Below, one piece after another: positions 36,858 to 47,500 of a stretch of DNA of 64,000 nucleotides. Where the stretch lies: NCBI GenBank assembly GCA_003249955.1, contig QKHS01000054.1:43510-107509 (forward strand). Direction: 5' to 3'. Numbering within the stretch: the first letter of the stretch is position 1; each line of letters opens with the position of its first letter. This stretch comes from Bacteroidales bacterium (GTDB taxonomy: Bacteria; Bacteroidota; Bacteroidia; Bacteroidales; ML635J-15). The notes below the pieces were generated by a model. It was not told the DNA's origin and did not search any database. It was given only the letters and a program-made list of their open reading frames with translations. The position numbers and the translations under genes were made by a program.

Positions 36858-37802
36858 ATGAGGGAGCAGAATCCGCAAATACAGATTGAGTATAAGAACC
36901 GCATAAATAAAACTTTCGATTATATCGAAAAAAATATCTCAAAACAGTTTAGCCTGGAAGAACTTGCCGATGTCGCTAATTTCTCCAAATATCATTTTCA
37001 CCGTATATTTTTTGGTATGGTAAGAGAGACGCCGTTCCAGTTTATTAACCGAATACGTCTGGAAAAAGCTACAATGATGATGTGTGCAAATCCCCGTGAC
37101 AGTATTTCAGATATAGCTTTTAAGCTTGGTTTTACAGATATTTCGATATTTTCCAGAAATTTTAAAGCTTATTTTGGTAAGTCTGCGAGCGAGTACCGTA
37201 AGGAAAAACTTAAAAAAAGCAATTTAAGTCAAGAGGATAGCAAAAGCAGTCAACCCGAAAATAAGTCCCTCATGTACTTTTGTGAGAGTACAAATTCTTT
37301 AAAATGGAGGACAAATATGAAATTAAACAAAAGTGTGGAAGTCAAAGAACTTCAGGAAATGAACGTGGCTTACGTGCGTCACATCGGGCCATATCAGGGA
37401 AACGACAAGCTTTTTCAGCAATTGTGGAATAAATTGTTTGCATGGGCAGGGCCACGCGGGCTGATAGGAGGCCCTGATTTTAAATCTCTGATTATTTATC
37501 ATGATGATCCGAATCTTTGCGAGGGCGACAAACTAAGAACCAGCGTATGTATAACTGTGCCCGAAAAGACTGCCGTTGATGGTGAAATCGGTAAAATGAA
37601 AGTTGAAGGCGGAAAGTATGTAATTGCACGCTTCGAAGTCGGCTCGGAAGAGTTCGGACTGGCGTGGGACTGGGTTTATGCACAGTGGTTGCCCGAAAGC
37701 GGATACCAGCCCGATGATAAACCTTGTTTCGAAATGTACCCCGAAGAACCCAAAGACGGTAAGTTTACAGTTGACATTTGTGTGGGGATAAAACCATTGT
37801 AA
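36858..37802 (+). CDS. AraC-family transcriptional regulator with a GyrI-like effector domain
   Basis: The HTH region is LEELADVANFSKYHFHRIFFGM...ISDIAFKLGFTDISIFSRNFKAYFG. The C-terminal VAYVRHIGPY...CFEMYPE is a GyrI-like fold. Confidence 0.8.
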   Translation: MREQNPQIQIEYKNRINKTFDYIEKNISKQFSLEELADVANFSKYHFHRIFFGMVRETPFQFINRIRLEKATMMMCANPRDSISDIAFKLGFTDISIFSRNFKAYFGKSASEYRKEKLKKSNLSQEDSKSSQPENKSLMYFCESTNSLKWRTNMKLNKSVEVKELQEMNVAYVRHIGPYQGNDKLFQQLWNKLFAWAGPRGLIGGPDFKSLIIYHDDPNLCEGDKLRTSVCITVPEKTAVDGEIGKMKVEGGKYVIARFEVGSEEFGLAWDWVYAQWLPESGYQPDDKPCFEMYPEEPKDGKFTVDICVGIKPL

Positions 37803-37895
37803 TAATAAGGCCGGATTAATTCCGCTTATTATTAATTAACCCGGACAGCTTTTTGTTCGGGTTATTTTTTTAATTTTGAAATAAAAACCAAATAT

Positions 37896-38483
37896 ATGTC
37901 GAAATATTCTCAGATACATTTTCCAAAACCTGCTGATTTTCGCAAATGGCTGGAAGAAAACCACGACAAAAGCAACGGAATTAATGTGGTTTTTTACAAG
38001 AAACACACGGGAAAGCAAACTATGGTTTATGCCGAAGCTCTGGACGAAGCATTATGTTTTGGCTGGATAGACAGCACTGTAAGAAGAATTGACGATGAAA
38101 AATATTGTCAGACATTCACTCCCAGAACCAATATTTCAAACTGGTCGGAGGTTAACAAACTTAAAGTTTTAAAACTTATTGAGCAGGGAAAGATGATGGA
38201 ACCGGGATTAAATAAAATAGATGTTTTTGTTAAAACCGGAAAGCTGGACTGGAAACATGAGCAAATAAGAAAAGGGCCGGAACCCATGCCGGAAATCCCC
38301 GGTTTACTGGACAAAGCTTTACGTGAAGATCCTGCTGCACTCGAAAACTTTGAAAAACTTGCCCCCTCACATAAAAAAACATACCTGAGATGGATTCTCG
38401 CGGCAAAAAGAGAAGAAACCATGCTGGCCAGAGTGTTAAAAACTGTCGAAATGTTAAAACGCAACGAAAAACCGGGAATTTAA
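37896..38483 (+). CDS. YdeI/OmpD-associated family protein
   Basis: FRKWLEENHDKSNG, ALCFGWIDS, NWSEVNKLKV and HKKTYLRWILAAKREETMLARV. Confidence 0.75.
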   Translation: MSKYSQIHFPKPADFRKWLEENHDKSNGINVVFYKKHTGKQTMVYAEALDEALCFGWIDSTVRRIDDEKYCQTFTPRTNISNWSEVNKLKVLKLIEQGKMMEPGLNKIDVFVKTGKLDWKHEQIRKGPEPMPEIPGLLDKALREDPAALENFEKLAPSHKKTYLRWILAAKREETMLARVLKTVEMLKRNEKPGI

Positions 38484-38743
38484 GGTAATAAATGTTTGGC
38501 TGTATGATTGAAGACGCGCTAAGCTCTCAACCCGTCTTCGTTCTTCATACCCATTAATTATTTGTTCCAAAAGCTTGCGAAGTATAAAATATTCTGTAAT
38601 TTAGCAGAGAAATAAACCATGCTAAAGGTGGAGATATGCATTGTTTGAGGTGTAATATGGTTTTTGGTGTGGGGGTAAGGAGTTGTGTATAATTAGGGCA
38701 GACTGCAGCAACAGTACAAAATTGATTTTTAAAAATATAAAAT

Positions 38744-39880
38744 ATGATGAAATTAGAAGATTCACATATCGAATCATTAAAAGCTGAAACAGAGGAATCA
38801 TACTCTAATGATGACTTATATAATATTGGCTCATATGGAGCTGATTTGTCGTTTCGTGAATTAATATCGATGTATGAGGAAGATGAATTATTGAAACCGG
38901 AATTGCAAAGACATTATGTTTGGGAAAAGCCTGAAGCAAGTCGATTTATTGACTCTTTACTTTTGGGATTACCTGTTCCAAGTATTTTTCTTGCCAATAC
39001 AAAAGATGAAAAGAAATTAATAATAGACGGTTACCAAAGAATAATGACCGTTTTTGATTTTGTTAAAGGGATTTGGTCAAAGGATAGAAAAGTTTTTAAA
39101 CTATCTAATACAGAAAAGATTAATGAACGTTGGAGAGGAAAAGCTTTTTCTGAACTAAGCGACACTGAACAAAGAAAAATCAGAAGTACAACAATACATG
39201 CTATAATCTTTGAACAAAAATCTCCAAAAGATGATGATACAAGCTTGTTTCAAGTATTTGAGAGAATCAATACTAGCGGTAGAACATTAATGCCTCAAGA
39301 AATTAGAAATTGTGTTTACCAAGGTGATTTTAACACATCCCTTTTCAAATTAAATAAAAATTCAGATTGGAGAATATTGTTTGGTGCTAGTGAAGAAGAT
39401 TCAAGAATGAGAGATTTAGAGTTCATTCTTAGATTTTTAGCAATGGACACTGAATATATTAGAACTAAAGCAAAAGGGAAAATTCAGTTGAAAAAATATT
39501 TAAATGAATTTATGGGCGCAGATAATTCTCAAAAAGCCCAAATACTGCAAGAAAGGGAGAATACATTTATAAATGTCATGGGATTTATTCATAAAAATAT
39601 TGGGGAAAATGCATTTTATAATATTCAAAAGGATGACCCAAACAAAATTAGAAAACGCTTTTACCCCACAATATTTGATGCTTTAACTGTTGCAGTGGCT
39701 ATCGGACTTAGAAAAAAAGGGAACTCATTAAATAAATATGACTTGGAATCAAAAAGAATACAATTGTTACAGGATGAAAAATTTAGAACTTATTCGACAG
39801 AAGGTACTACGGAAATAGAACATATTCACGGTAGAATTAATTTATCACTAAAATATTTATTTAATATTGATAATGAATAA
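38744..39880 (+). CDS. DUF262 (ParB/GmrSD-N-terminal-like) domain protein
   Basis: LQRHYVWEKPEASRFIDSLLLGLPVPSIFL and IIDGYQRIMT (a DGQQR-type motif). I saw no DUF1524/HNH signature in the C-terminal half. Confidence 0.8.
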   Translation: MMKLEDSHIESLKAETEESYSNDDLYNIGSYGADLSFRELISMYEEDELLKPELQRHYVWEKPEASRFIDSLLLGLPVPSIFLANTKDEKKLIIDGYQRIMTVFDFVKGIWSKDRKVFKLSNTEKINERWRGKAFSELSDTEQRKIRSTTIHAIIFEQKSPKDDDTSLFQVFERINTSGRTLMPQEIRNCVYQGDFNTSLFKLNKNSDWRILFGASEEDSRMRDLEFILRFLAMDTEYIRTKAKGKIQLKKYLNEFMGADNSQKAQILQERENTFINVMGFIHKNIGENAFYNIQKDDPNKIRKRFYPTIFDALTVAVAIGLRKKGNSLNKYDLESKRIQLLQDEKFRTYSTEGTTEIEHIHGRINLSLKYLFNIDNE

Positions 39881-40376
39881 TTCAAGTGCAAGAGAAGTTA
39901 TTGATGGTTGCAACACCGAACTTGAGAAAATTCATCATATTATTCAAGGAATGGGTCCAACAAGCCATCCTGTGCCATATTTGACAAAATATGCAATTAT
40001 AAAAGCATGTGGTACAATAGAATATTGTTTCAAAACTATACTATCAGATACTTGTGCCAATATACAATCTCCTCAGATTAGGAATTTCATTGATAATACT
40101 TTTAGGAATAGTTCCATGAATCCAAACAGGGATAATATTTCTAAAGCATTAAAGCAATTCGATGAAGAATGGAATACTAGATTTAAAAATAAAATAAATG
40201 AGTTGGAATATAAAGAACAGATTCTAGATTCATTAAAATCATTGAACGATGCAAGAAATGCCTTTGCTCATGGAGGAAATCCATCTTCTTCATTTGATAA
40301 CATTTGTAATTATTTCAAAGACTCTTTAAAAATTATAGAAATCATTGATGAAATTGTAAATAATGGAAATGAATAA
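39873..40376 (+). CDS. HEPN-domain protein (MAE_28990/MAE_18760-like)
   Basis: LNDARNAFAHGG is the Rx4H HEPN motif, set in a predicted all-helical ~167-aa protein. The ATG at 39873 overlaps the DUF262 stop (39878-39880). Confidence 0.65.
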   Translation: MNNSSAREVIDGCNTELEKIHHIIQGMGPTSHPVPYLTKYAIIKACGTIEYCFKTILSDTCANIQSPQIRNFIDNTFRNSSMNPNRDNISKALKQFDEEWNTRFKNKINELEYKEQILDSLKSLNDARNAFAHGGNPSSSFDNICNYFKDSLKIIEIIDEIVNNGNE

Positions 40377-40546
40377 AAACACACAACGAAAAGTATGTAC
40401 AAAATAATCGTAGTATTAGTAATTTCAACTGTTGTAGCTCGTTTCAAAATCTTAACGGTTTGATAAGTTTGATGTACTCAATCGCTTCTTTGCATATACT
40501 TTTTGTTGTGTGTAATTAAAAAAATAAAATCTACAAAATTGACCTC

Positions 40547-41986
40547 GTGAATCACTTTAAAACAGAGAGAAAAGCCATATACGATACTGCTGGAATATTT
40601 ACGAAGTTTGGATGGATATTTCGCGAACAGCCAATTGTCGATATTGGAATTGATGCATTGGTCGAAACTCCAATTGATGAAAATGGTAAGATTAAAATAT
40701 TCGGTCTCCAAATAAAAGGAGGAGAGGCTAACTTTCAAAAAAAGGAAATATTTATAACATTTTATTTTTCAGAAAGACATTATTTGTATTGGAATGCAAT
40801 CTGTGAGAATTACCCTTTGTTTATTGTCCTTCAAGACCCCTCAAACGACAGAATATATTGGCAATATTATTCTTTTGAAAAAATCGCAAAAACACCTAAG
40901 AATTATAAGATAAATATTCCATACAGCAATATATTAGACATAAATTCAAAAGAAGAAATATTAGATATTATTAATGGAAATTATTCTTTGGGTTTTTTAG
41001 ATCATATTCTTGAATCGGATTTCGATTTACTTCAGAATCAGAATCACAAAATGAATATTTCATACAAATTAAACACCGAAAACAAAGGTGAAATTCAAAT
41101 ATGTTTACAATATAAAAAACAAAAGGCATCTCTGGATTTGGATTACATACCAAAGAAAAATCATTGGAGCATTGAAAAATCATTTTTGACATGGGAGAAT
41201 GTATATTACTATTCACTAGTAAATTTTGAAAAATATATTATCAATCAATTTGAATCAAAAAACAGACGATCGCTTAAAAAATTAGTAACTGAACTTAATT
41301 TCATTGTTCAAGGAAAAATTGAAAATATTGCAGAGTTTATTTTTGATTTTAGCAATAAAGGAAGTAAAGTCCCTAAATATGCTGAGTTTATCCAAGCTTT
41401 TGAACAACATAGCAAACTCAACAAGACTCATTATGAGGCATGTGCTTTTGACTTTAGTATTCATTTTAAAACAAGCAAGGGAACTTATGAAGTAAGTACA
41501 TATGAAAGTCTTTCTGAATGCTTGAACTATTATTTTCAAAATGGCAGTTATGACGAAATATATACTGAAACAAACGAGAATATATGGAAAGAGATTTATA
41601 TAGACCAAGGTATAGAAAAATCTAAGTTTATCCCGGTAATGCAAAATGAATGGGAACATTACTGGACAAGATTATATGATAAAATAAGAAAAGAAATTGG
41701 AAGGACAGAACATCTGAATGACAAAAAAGAAGAATCTTGGAAGAGGTTTATATTATTTGTTAATTTGTTTAATGATGCCGATAACGCAATTGAGCTGGCT
41801 TTTGATTTTGATGATATGGTTTTATATCCAATGGCAGTTATAACAATGTTGAGAATTTTCGATTTAGAAACCTGTTTCGACGAATATTGTGAATACGAAT
41901 TTTATGAAATAAACAATTGGGAAAGTATTGATATTTATAATAATATGGATTCATCCTTATTTTATATCAGATCCCTTGAATTTTAA
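40547..41986 (+). CDS. DUF4365 (PD-(D/E)xK restriction-endonuclease-like) N-terminal domain fused to a ~340-aa unassigned C-terminal region
   Basis: ERKAIYDTAGIFTKFGWIFREQPIVDIGIDALVE...IFGLQIKGG matches the DUF4365 D-GID...E..QxK pattern. GTG start. Confidence 0.65.
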   Translation: MNHFKTERKAIYDTAGIFTKFGWIFREQPIVDIGIDALVETPIDENGKIKIFGLQIKGGEANFQKKEIFITFYFSERHYLYWNAICENYPLFIVLQDPSNDRIYWQYYSFEKIAKTPKNYKINIPYSNILDINSKEEILDIINGNYSLGFLDHILESDFDLLQNQNHKMNISYKLNTENKGEIQICLQYKKQKASLDLDYIPKKNHWSIEKSFLTWENVYYYSLVNFEKYIINQFESKNRRSLKKLVTELNFIVQGKIENIAEFIFDFSNKGSKVPKYAEFIQAFEQHSKLNKTHYEACAFDFSIHFKTSKGTYEVSTYESLSECLNYYFQNGSYDEIYTETNENIWKEIYIDQGIEKSKFIPVMQNEWEHYWTRLYDKIRKEIGRTEHLNDKKEESWKRFILFVNLFNDADNAIELAFDFDDMVLYPMAVITMLRIFDLETCFDEYCEYEFYEINNWESIDIYNNMDSSLFYIRSLEF

Positions 41987-42542
41987 AAATTACATACAAC
42001 ATTTTGTAAATTGCATTGTGCTGTCCGGTGCAGGTTGTCGCCTCGGATTCTCGCATGATTGTCTTTCATCCTACGTACGGACAATAATTTACAACGGTAA
42101 CTTACAATTTACCGTTGTGTGTAAGGAGAAAAAGGATATGTTGCTAATTGTTTTGATATAGTTCTGCTAATTACATTGTTAAAGAAAATACTTATATTTG
42201 CCTGAAAATCAATATTGTTTCCCAATATTTTGCTAAATACTTTTTACAAAAATGTTAATAATTTTTAAATTTAACGATTGAAAAACAGGTTATACAAAAT
42301 TCGGATATTCAGGAAGGTCTAAAAGAAAAACATATGACTTCAATAGCCGGATATATTCAGGCTTTAAAAGAAAAAAGATTATAGATAGTGAAAGAGATAA
42401 TGTTAGAAGATATCATATTGTTTTTACTAATAACTTTTAATCAGATCTGTAATAAAAAAACTTTAAGAAGAAGGATTTATTCCAATGAAAACTAATTATT
42501 AAAAAAGTACGACACCTACAAATAACACCTAAAATATCAGTC

Positions 42543-42959
42543 ATGGACAAAAGTATATTTGAAGAAAAATCAATAGAGCCGACAGCAGAAATGCTTAATA
42601 ATGCATTAAAGGGAAATGCGGTTTTGTGGGAAAAAATATGTGATTTTGTTGTAATGCAATACCCGGCAGCGACAAAGGAATGGAATTACTCAGGTGTTAA
42701 ATACGGGTGGAGTTTTAGAATAAAGGACAAAAAAAGAGCAATAATTTATCTTTTGCCCAGAGACGGATTTTTTAAAGCCGCCTTTGTTTTCGGGCAAAAA
42801 GCTTATGCTCATATTCAGGGCTCGGAAATTTCGGAAGACATAAGGAGGGAATTGTCCGAAGCAAGAGTATATGCCGAAGGAAGAGGAATAAGGATAGATG
42901 TAAGTGAGGCAAATATGGATGATGTGATGAGTCTTGTAAAAATTAAATTAATGTTTTAG
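42543..42959 (+). CDS. DUF3788 domain protein
   Basis: WNYSGVKYGWSFRIKDKKRAIIYLLPRDGFFKAAFVFG. Confidence 0.7.
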   Translation: MDKSIFEEKSIEPTAEMLNNALKGNAVLWEKICDFVVMQYPAATKEWNYSGVKYGWSFRIKDKKRAIIYLLPRDGFFKAAFVFGQKAYAHIQGSEISEDIRRELSEARVYAEGRGIRIDVSEANMDDVMSLVKIKLMF

Positions 42960-42964
42960 GAATA

Positions 42965-43768
42965 GTGAAACAAAAACTACTGTTTGTATTTCTGCTGTTT
43001 TCGTATTGTCTCGTTGCTCAAAACAGACAATCACCCGATCAGTTTTCATTTGACATCCCTGATTCAGTTGGCAAAAATGCAGTTGAACTTGCAAAAATAA
43101 TTCGTTCAGGTTATCCTGATGATGATGGATTTGTAAGGGCTCTTTATGTTTGGATAAGTACTAATCTTAGTTATGATTCTCAGTTGGTCGATTCGCTGAA
43201 AGATGAAAATCTGGTTGAATATGCATTAAAAACAAAAACAGGAAAATGTAAAAATTTTTCGGCAATATTGACAAGCATGTGTAATGTTGCCGGAATAGAG
43301 GCATATTCGGTATTGGGTTATATAAAAACAAATGACAGGGTACAAACGAATCAGGATCATGCATGGAATATTATAAAAATTGACGGCAGTTATTATCTTT
43401 TTGACCCAACTTTCGATGCGTTAAAAAAGACTTTTGATCCGATAACCGGAACATATATTTTCAAATGGTATAAAAAAGAAGGCAATGACTTTATCTCATC
43501 CCACATGCCCTATGACCCTATGATGCAATTACTGGATTATCCGCTAAGGCACAAAGATTTTTTCAGGGGGAAACAGTCAGGTAAAAATTATTTTGATTAT
43601 AAACAATCCCTGGAAGATTACCGGAATCTCAGCGGGGAAGAACAACTTGTTATCATGCTTAAACGCGCGGAAGAATTCGGAATAAACATAAGAGAACTGA
43701 ATTTCCTTTACGGCCGGCTCAAACATTTTGTAAACGCGATGCAGACAGAAAAACAGGCTGAATTTTAA
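42965..43768 (+). CDS. Secreted transglutaminase-like cysteine protease-fold protein
   Basis: GKCKNFSAILTSMCNVAGIEA (Cys), DHAWNIIKIDGSYYLFDPT (His, Asp). GTG start followed by a signal peptide. Confidence 0.7.
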   Translation: MKQKLLFVFLLFSYCLVAQNRQSPDQFSFDIPDSVGKNAVELAKIIRSGYPDDDGFVRALYVWISTNLSYDSQLVDSLKDENLVEYALKTKTGKCKNFSAILTSMCNVAGIEAYSVLGYIKTNDRVQTNQDHAWNIIKIDGSYYLFDPTFDALKKTFDPITGTYIFKWYKKEGNDFISSHMPYDPMMQLLDYPLRHKDFFRGKQSGKNYFDYKQSLEDYRNLSGEEQLVIMLKRAEEFGINIRELNFLYGRLKHFVNAMQTEKQAEF

Positions 43769-43876
43769 TTTTATCCTGTGTTCAAATCAATTTTTTTTAT
43801 AATTTGCATAATATGTGTTGCATGTTGGCGTCATGTGTGTATTTTATGTAATTTTGTAGTAAACAACCATTGGCCC

Positions 43877-44545
43877 ATGAAAAACATAATTCTGCTCATA
43901 TTCTGTGCTTTTATAAGTTTTATTCTGCCTGCTCAGGGTCTGTATTACGGAGTTACCGGAGGAATGACATCTTCCTGTATAATCGAAAAATCATCAGTTT
44001 CAGAACCTGTAAAAAAGAGTATGAAATATGGTTTTCAGGTTGGTGTTGCAGGTGAATTTGAGTTGTTGAGTACTGTTTTTATAAGTTCTTCGCTTACATT
44101 TATTACAAAAGGAGACAAGTACAAAGACCGTTTTGCCGTTTCAAAAGCCAGTTTCGGATGTTTTGAATTGCCGGTTTATATAGGCTATAAAGTACCTTTG
44201 GGTAATGTGTATTTTAGTGGCAATATAGGCCCTTACGGCAGTATAGCAATAGTCGGACGCAGAACATTTATTCAGGAACCGGATGTCGAAATTCCTTTTG
44301 AATGGAACTTTGAAGAAACCGGACACGAACAGTATGTGGATAATTCGACGGAATTTTTCGGAGAACAATGGAATTCATATAAGAGATTTGATACCGGTAT
44401 AAGTTTCGGACTGCGTGCCGGATATAAAAATTATAATCTTCAGGCTACATACTCGCGTAGTTTTACAGATGTCCGGCCGAATGAAACCATCAAGGCAACA
44501 AGCTCGGTTTTAAGCGTTTCATTCATTTATTATGTAATGTACTAA
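43877..44545 (+). CDS. Outer-membrane beta-barrel (OMP_b-brl-type) protein
   Basis: The ATG at 43877 gives the signal peptide MKNIILLIFCAFISFILPAQ. Contains YYGVTGGMT...GFQVGVAGEF and beta-strand periodicity. Confidence 0.6.
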   Translation: MKNIILLIFCAFISFILPAQGLYYGVTGGMTSSCIIEKSSVSEPVKKSMKYGFQVGVAGEFELLSTVFISSSLTFITKGDKYKDRFAVSKASFGCFELPVYIGYKVPLGNVYFSGNIGPYGSIAIVGRRTFIQEPDVEIPFEWNFEETGHEQYVDNSTEFFGEQWNSYKRFDTGISFGLRAGYKNYNLQATYSRSFTDVRPNETIKATSSVLSVSFIYYVMY

Positions 44546-44556
44546 CCCGGAAAAAT

Positions 44557-47500
44557 ATGAAAACGACATATAAAAAAGAATATTCATTTCCCGGCTTTAA
44601 ACATCTTTCAGTTGCAGGTTTTATTCTGTTTCTGCTTTTGTCATTTAAGGCATATTCCCAGAATTATTTTATGAATTTTTACCCGGGATCTGATACAATA
44701 AATATAGAAACAGTAATAGTCAGAAACCTATCTTCGGGAACAACAGTTTCTGTGACTGCAACAGATGTGCTGAATATAATTTCACCTGCCGATATAAGAT
44801 ATTTAGCCTCAACAGGAAGCAAATTTGAGATTTTCCCGAATCCGGCAAATGAGAGTTTCTTTATTCAGTTTGAATCTCCCGGGTCCGGGCAGTTAAGTGT
44901 CTCTGTTTGTGATGTAAGCGGGAAAATGATTTTAAATAATTCTCTTTATGCAGAAAGAGGGTTTCATAAAATAATGATTGACGGAGCCATGCAAGGTTTG
45001 TATTTTGTGCATGTCAGGGCAGAATCATATATGTATTCCGGTAAAATTGCAGGAACTGCCGGCCACAATTCTGATCTCTCCATGGAACTTGTTCAGACAA
45101 TTCAGGTTGCAGAGAATTACAATATAAGTGAGAAATCAAAATCCGTTTACGAAATTCCTTATAACTTTGGCGATGTGCTTTTATGTGAAGCCACATCCGA
45201 CAGAGGGAACAAAACGGTTAAAACTCTTGTAATATCTGATCAGAATATGTATGCCGACGGAGAAAATCTGAGCATGGCTTTTAATTTTTATCCGTGTAAA
45301 GATTTTGAGCAATACGAATATCCTGTTGTCGAAATAAGCGATATGGTGTGGATGGCACAGAATTTAAATACCGAATATTTTGACAATGAAACCCATATTA
45401 AAATGATTCCCGGCGGGAATACATGGTCGCAGCTTTCAACAGTTGCATATTGCGATTATAATAACAATCCTGCCGAATTTGGCCAATACGGGAAACTTTA
45501 TAACTGGCATGCGGTAAATTACAGCGGCGGACTGTGTCCTTACGGCTGGCATGTTGCAACAGACGAAGAATGGCTTAAGCTGGAATTATTCTTAGGCTTA
45601 AGTGCAGATGTTGCAGATAACACAGGATGGCACGGCAGCTTTGAAGGATGTTATATAAAAGAATCCGGCACCGAACACTGGGCTACGGACCCGGACGAAG
45701 AAACGAATTCAACAGGTTTTACAGCTTTACCGGCAGGAATAAGAACCTTAACAGGAGAATTTGCGCATAGAACAAAGTATGCTGCATGGTGGACAGCCAC
45801 TCAAAGTACAGAACAAAATGCGTGGTGCCGTGCATTAAGAGCAGATTCATGCGATATTTACCGCGAGGACGGTAAAAAAGTGCTGGGACTTTCTGTAAGA
45901 TGTGTTTACAACGAAATAACAGATACCGTGTTACCGGTAGCAGACCTTCCTGTTTTAACAACAGATGCCGTTACAGAAATTCTGATGAATTCGGCTATAA
46001 GCGGAGGAAATATTTCTGATGACGGAGGAGCAGAAATTACTGCCCGCGGGATAGTCTGGAGTACCGATCCAAATCCTGATATTCTGGTAAATGAAGGAAT
46101 TACATACGATGGCTCAGGGGCAGGCTCTTTTGTAAGCATACCAGATGGTTTAACACAAAACACAGTTTATTATGTAAGAGCATATGCAACAAATCGTGCA
46201 GGAACAACCTACGGGCAGAAAGAAATATTTACCACTTTGCCTGCATTTTTCACTGCCGGTCCTGGACTTACAGATATTGACGGAAATACATATTCAACTG
46301 TAATAATAAACGGCATGGAATTTATGGGAGAAAATCTCCGTACTTCGCATTATAACGACGGAGTCCCTGTTTTAAAAATTACAGATGCGACAACATGGTC
46401 AGCAATAAATTCGGGAGCTTATTGCTGGTACGAAGATGATTCTGCATCAAATGAAAATCTGTATGGTAAACTCTATAACTTTAATGCTGTCTCAAATCCG
46501 GCACTTTGCCCTTCCGGCTGGCATGTCCCTTCTGATTACGAGTGGAAGCAGACAGAAATGTTTTTAGGTATGGATACTGTTGCTGCTGATGATTCCGGCT
46601 GGAGAGGAACAAATGAAGGAGGAATGCTGAAAGAGCCTGGTTTTGCACATTGGCTAAGTCCCAATGCTGCCGCTACAAACCAAAGCGGGCTTAATGCTTT
46701 ACCGGCAGGATACAGAGGTGCTGACGGTTATTTTCAGGATTCGGAAAGTGCTGCTTATTTCTGGACAATGACATCGCTGGCAGTAACATCTGCAGCATGG
46801 TTAAGGTCTGTAAGTTCTACCGAAACAGGAATTCTCAGAAGCAACGGAGAACTTACAAAAGGAGCATCTGTGCGTTGTATCAGGAGTATTGTTACACTAC
46901 CTGTAGTTTCAACATCACCGGTAACAAACATATCGGTAAGTTCGGCAGAGACGGGGGGCTATATTTCCGATAATGGCTGGTCGGAGATAACTGCACGCGG
47001 AGTGGTGTGGAATATAACAGGAAATCCGGCTATAGGTGTTGACGATGGTTTTACTGATAACGGAGGCGGTTCCGGCAGCTTTTCGTCTTATATTAGCGGA
47101 TTAAGTCCGGCAACAGTGTATTATGTAAGAGCCTATGCTGTAAACTCTGCAGGAATATCTTACGGCGAAGAAATTGTGTTTAATACATTGATAGCCTTTT
47201 TTGAACAGGGACCGGGTATGACTGATTATGACGGGAAACTTTATAAAACCATAGTAGCCGGAAACAGAGAGTGGATGGCAGAAAACCTCAGCACGTCAAA
47301 ATACAATGGCGGTAATCCCATAACAAAAGCAGAATCTTCGTCAGACTGGGTTACTAATCAGGGCGGTGCATATTGCTGGTATAACAATGATTCTGTTGCA
47401 TTTGACAGCATATATGGCAAATTGTATAACTACAATGCTGCACGAAACGAAACCCTTTGTCCCCAGGGCTGGATGCTTCCTTATGATTGGGAATGGCAGG

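Noticed and set aside
38484-42130. Possible direct repeats flanking the nuclease island (gtgtgggggtaaggag at ~38671 versus gttgtgtgtaaggag at ~42113)
   Set aside because: Only about 8 contiguous identical nucleotides are shared, which is too short to distinguish from chance without a genome-wide test. No integrase or tRNA is nearby, so I do not call a mobile element.
41928-42161. 77-aa ORF overlapping the end of the DUF4365 gene
   Set aside because: It overlaps a better-supported gene, extends into an AT-rich spacer and has no motif.
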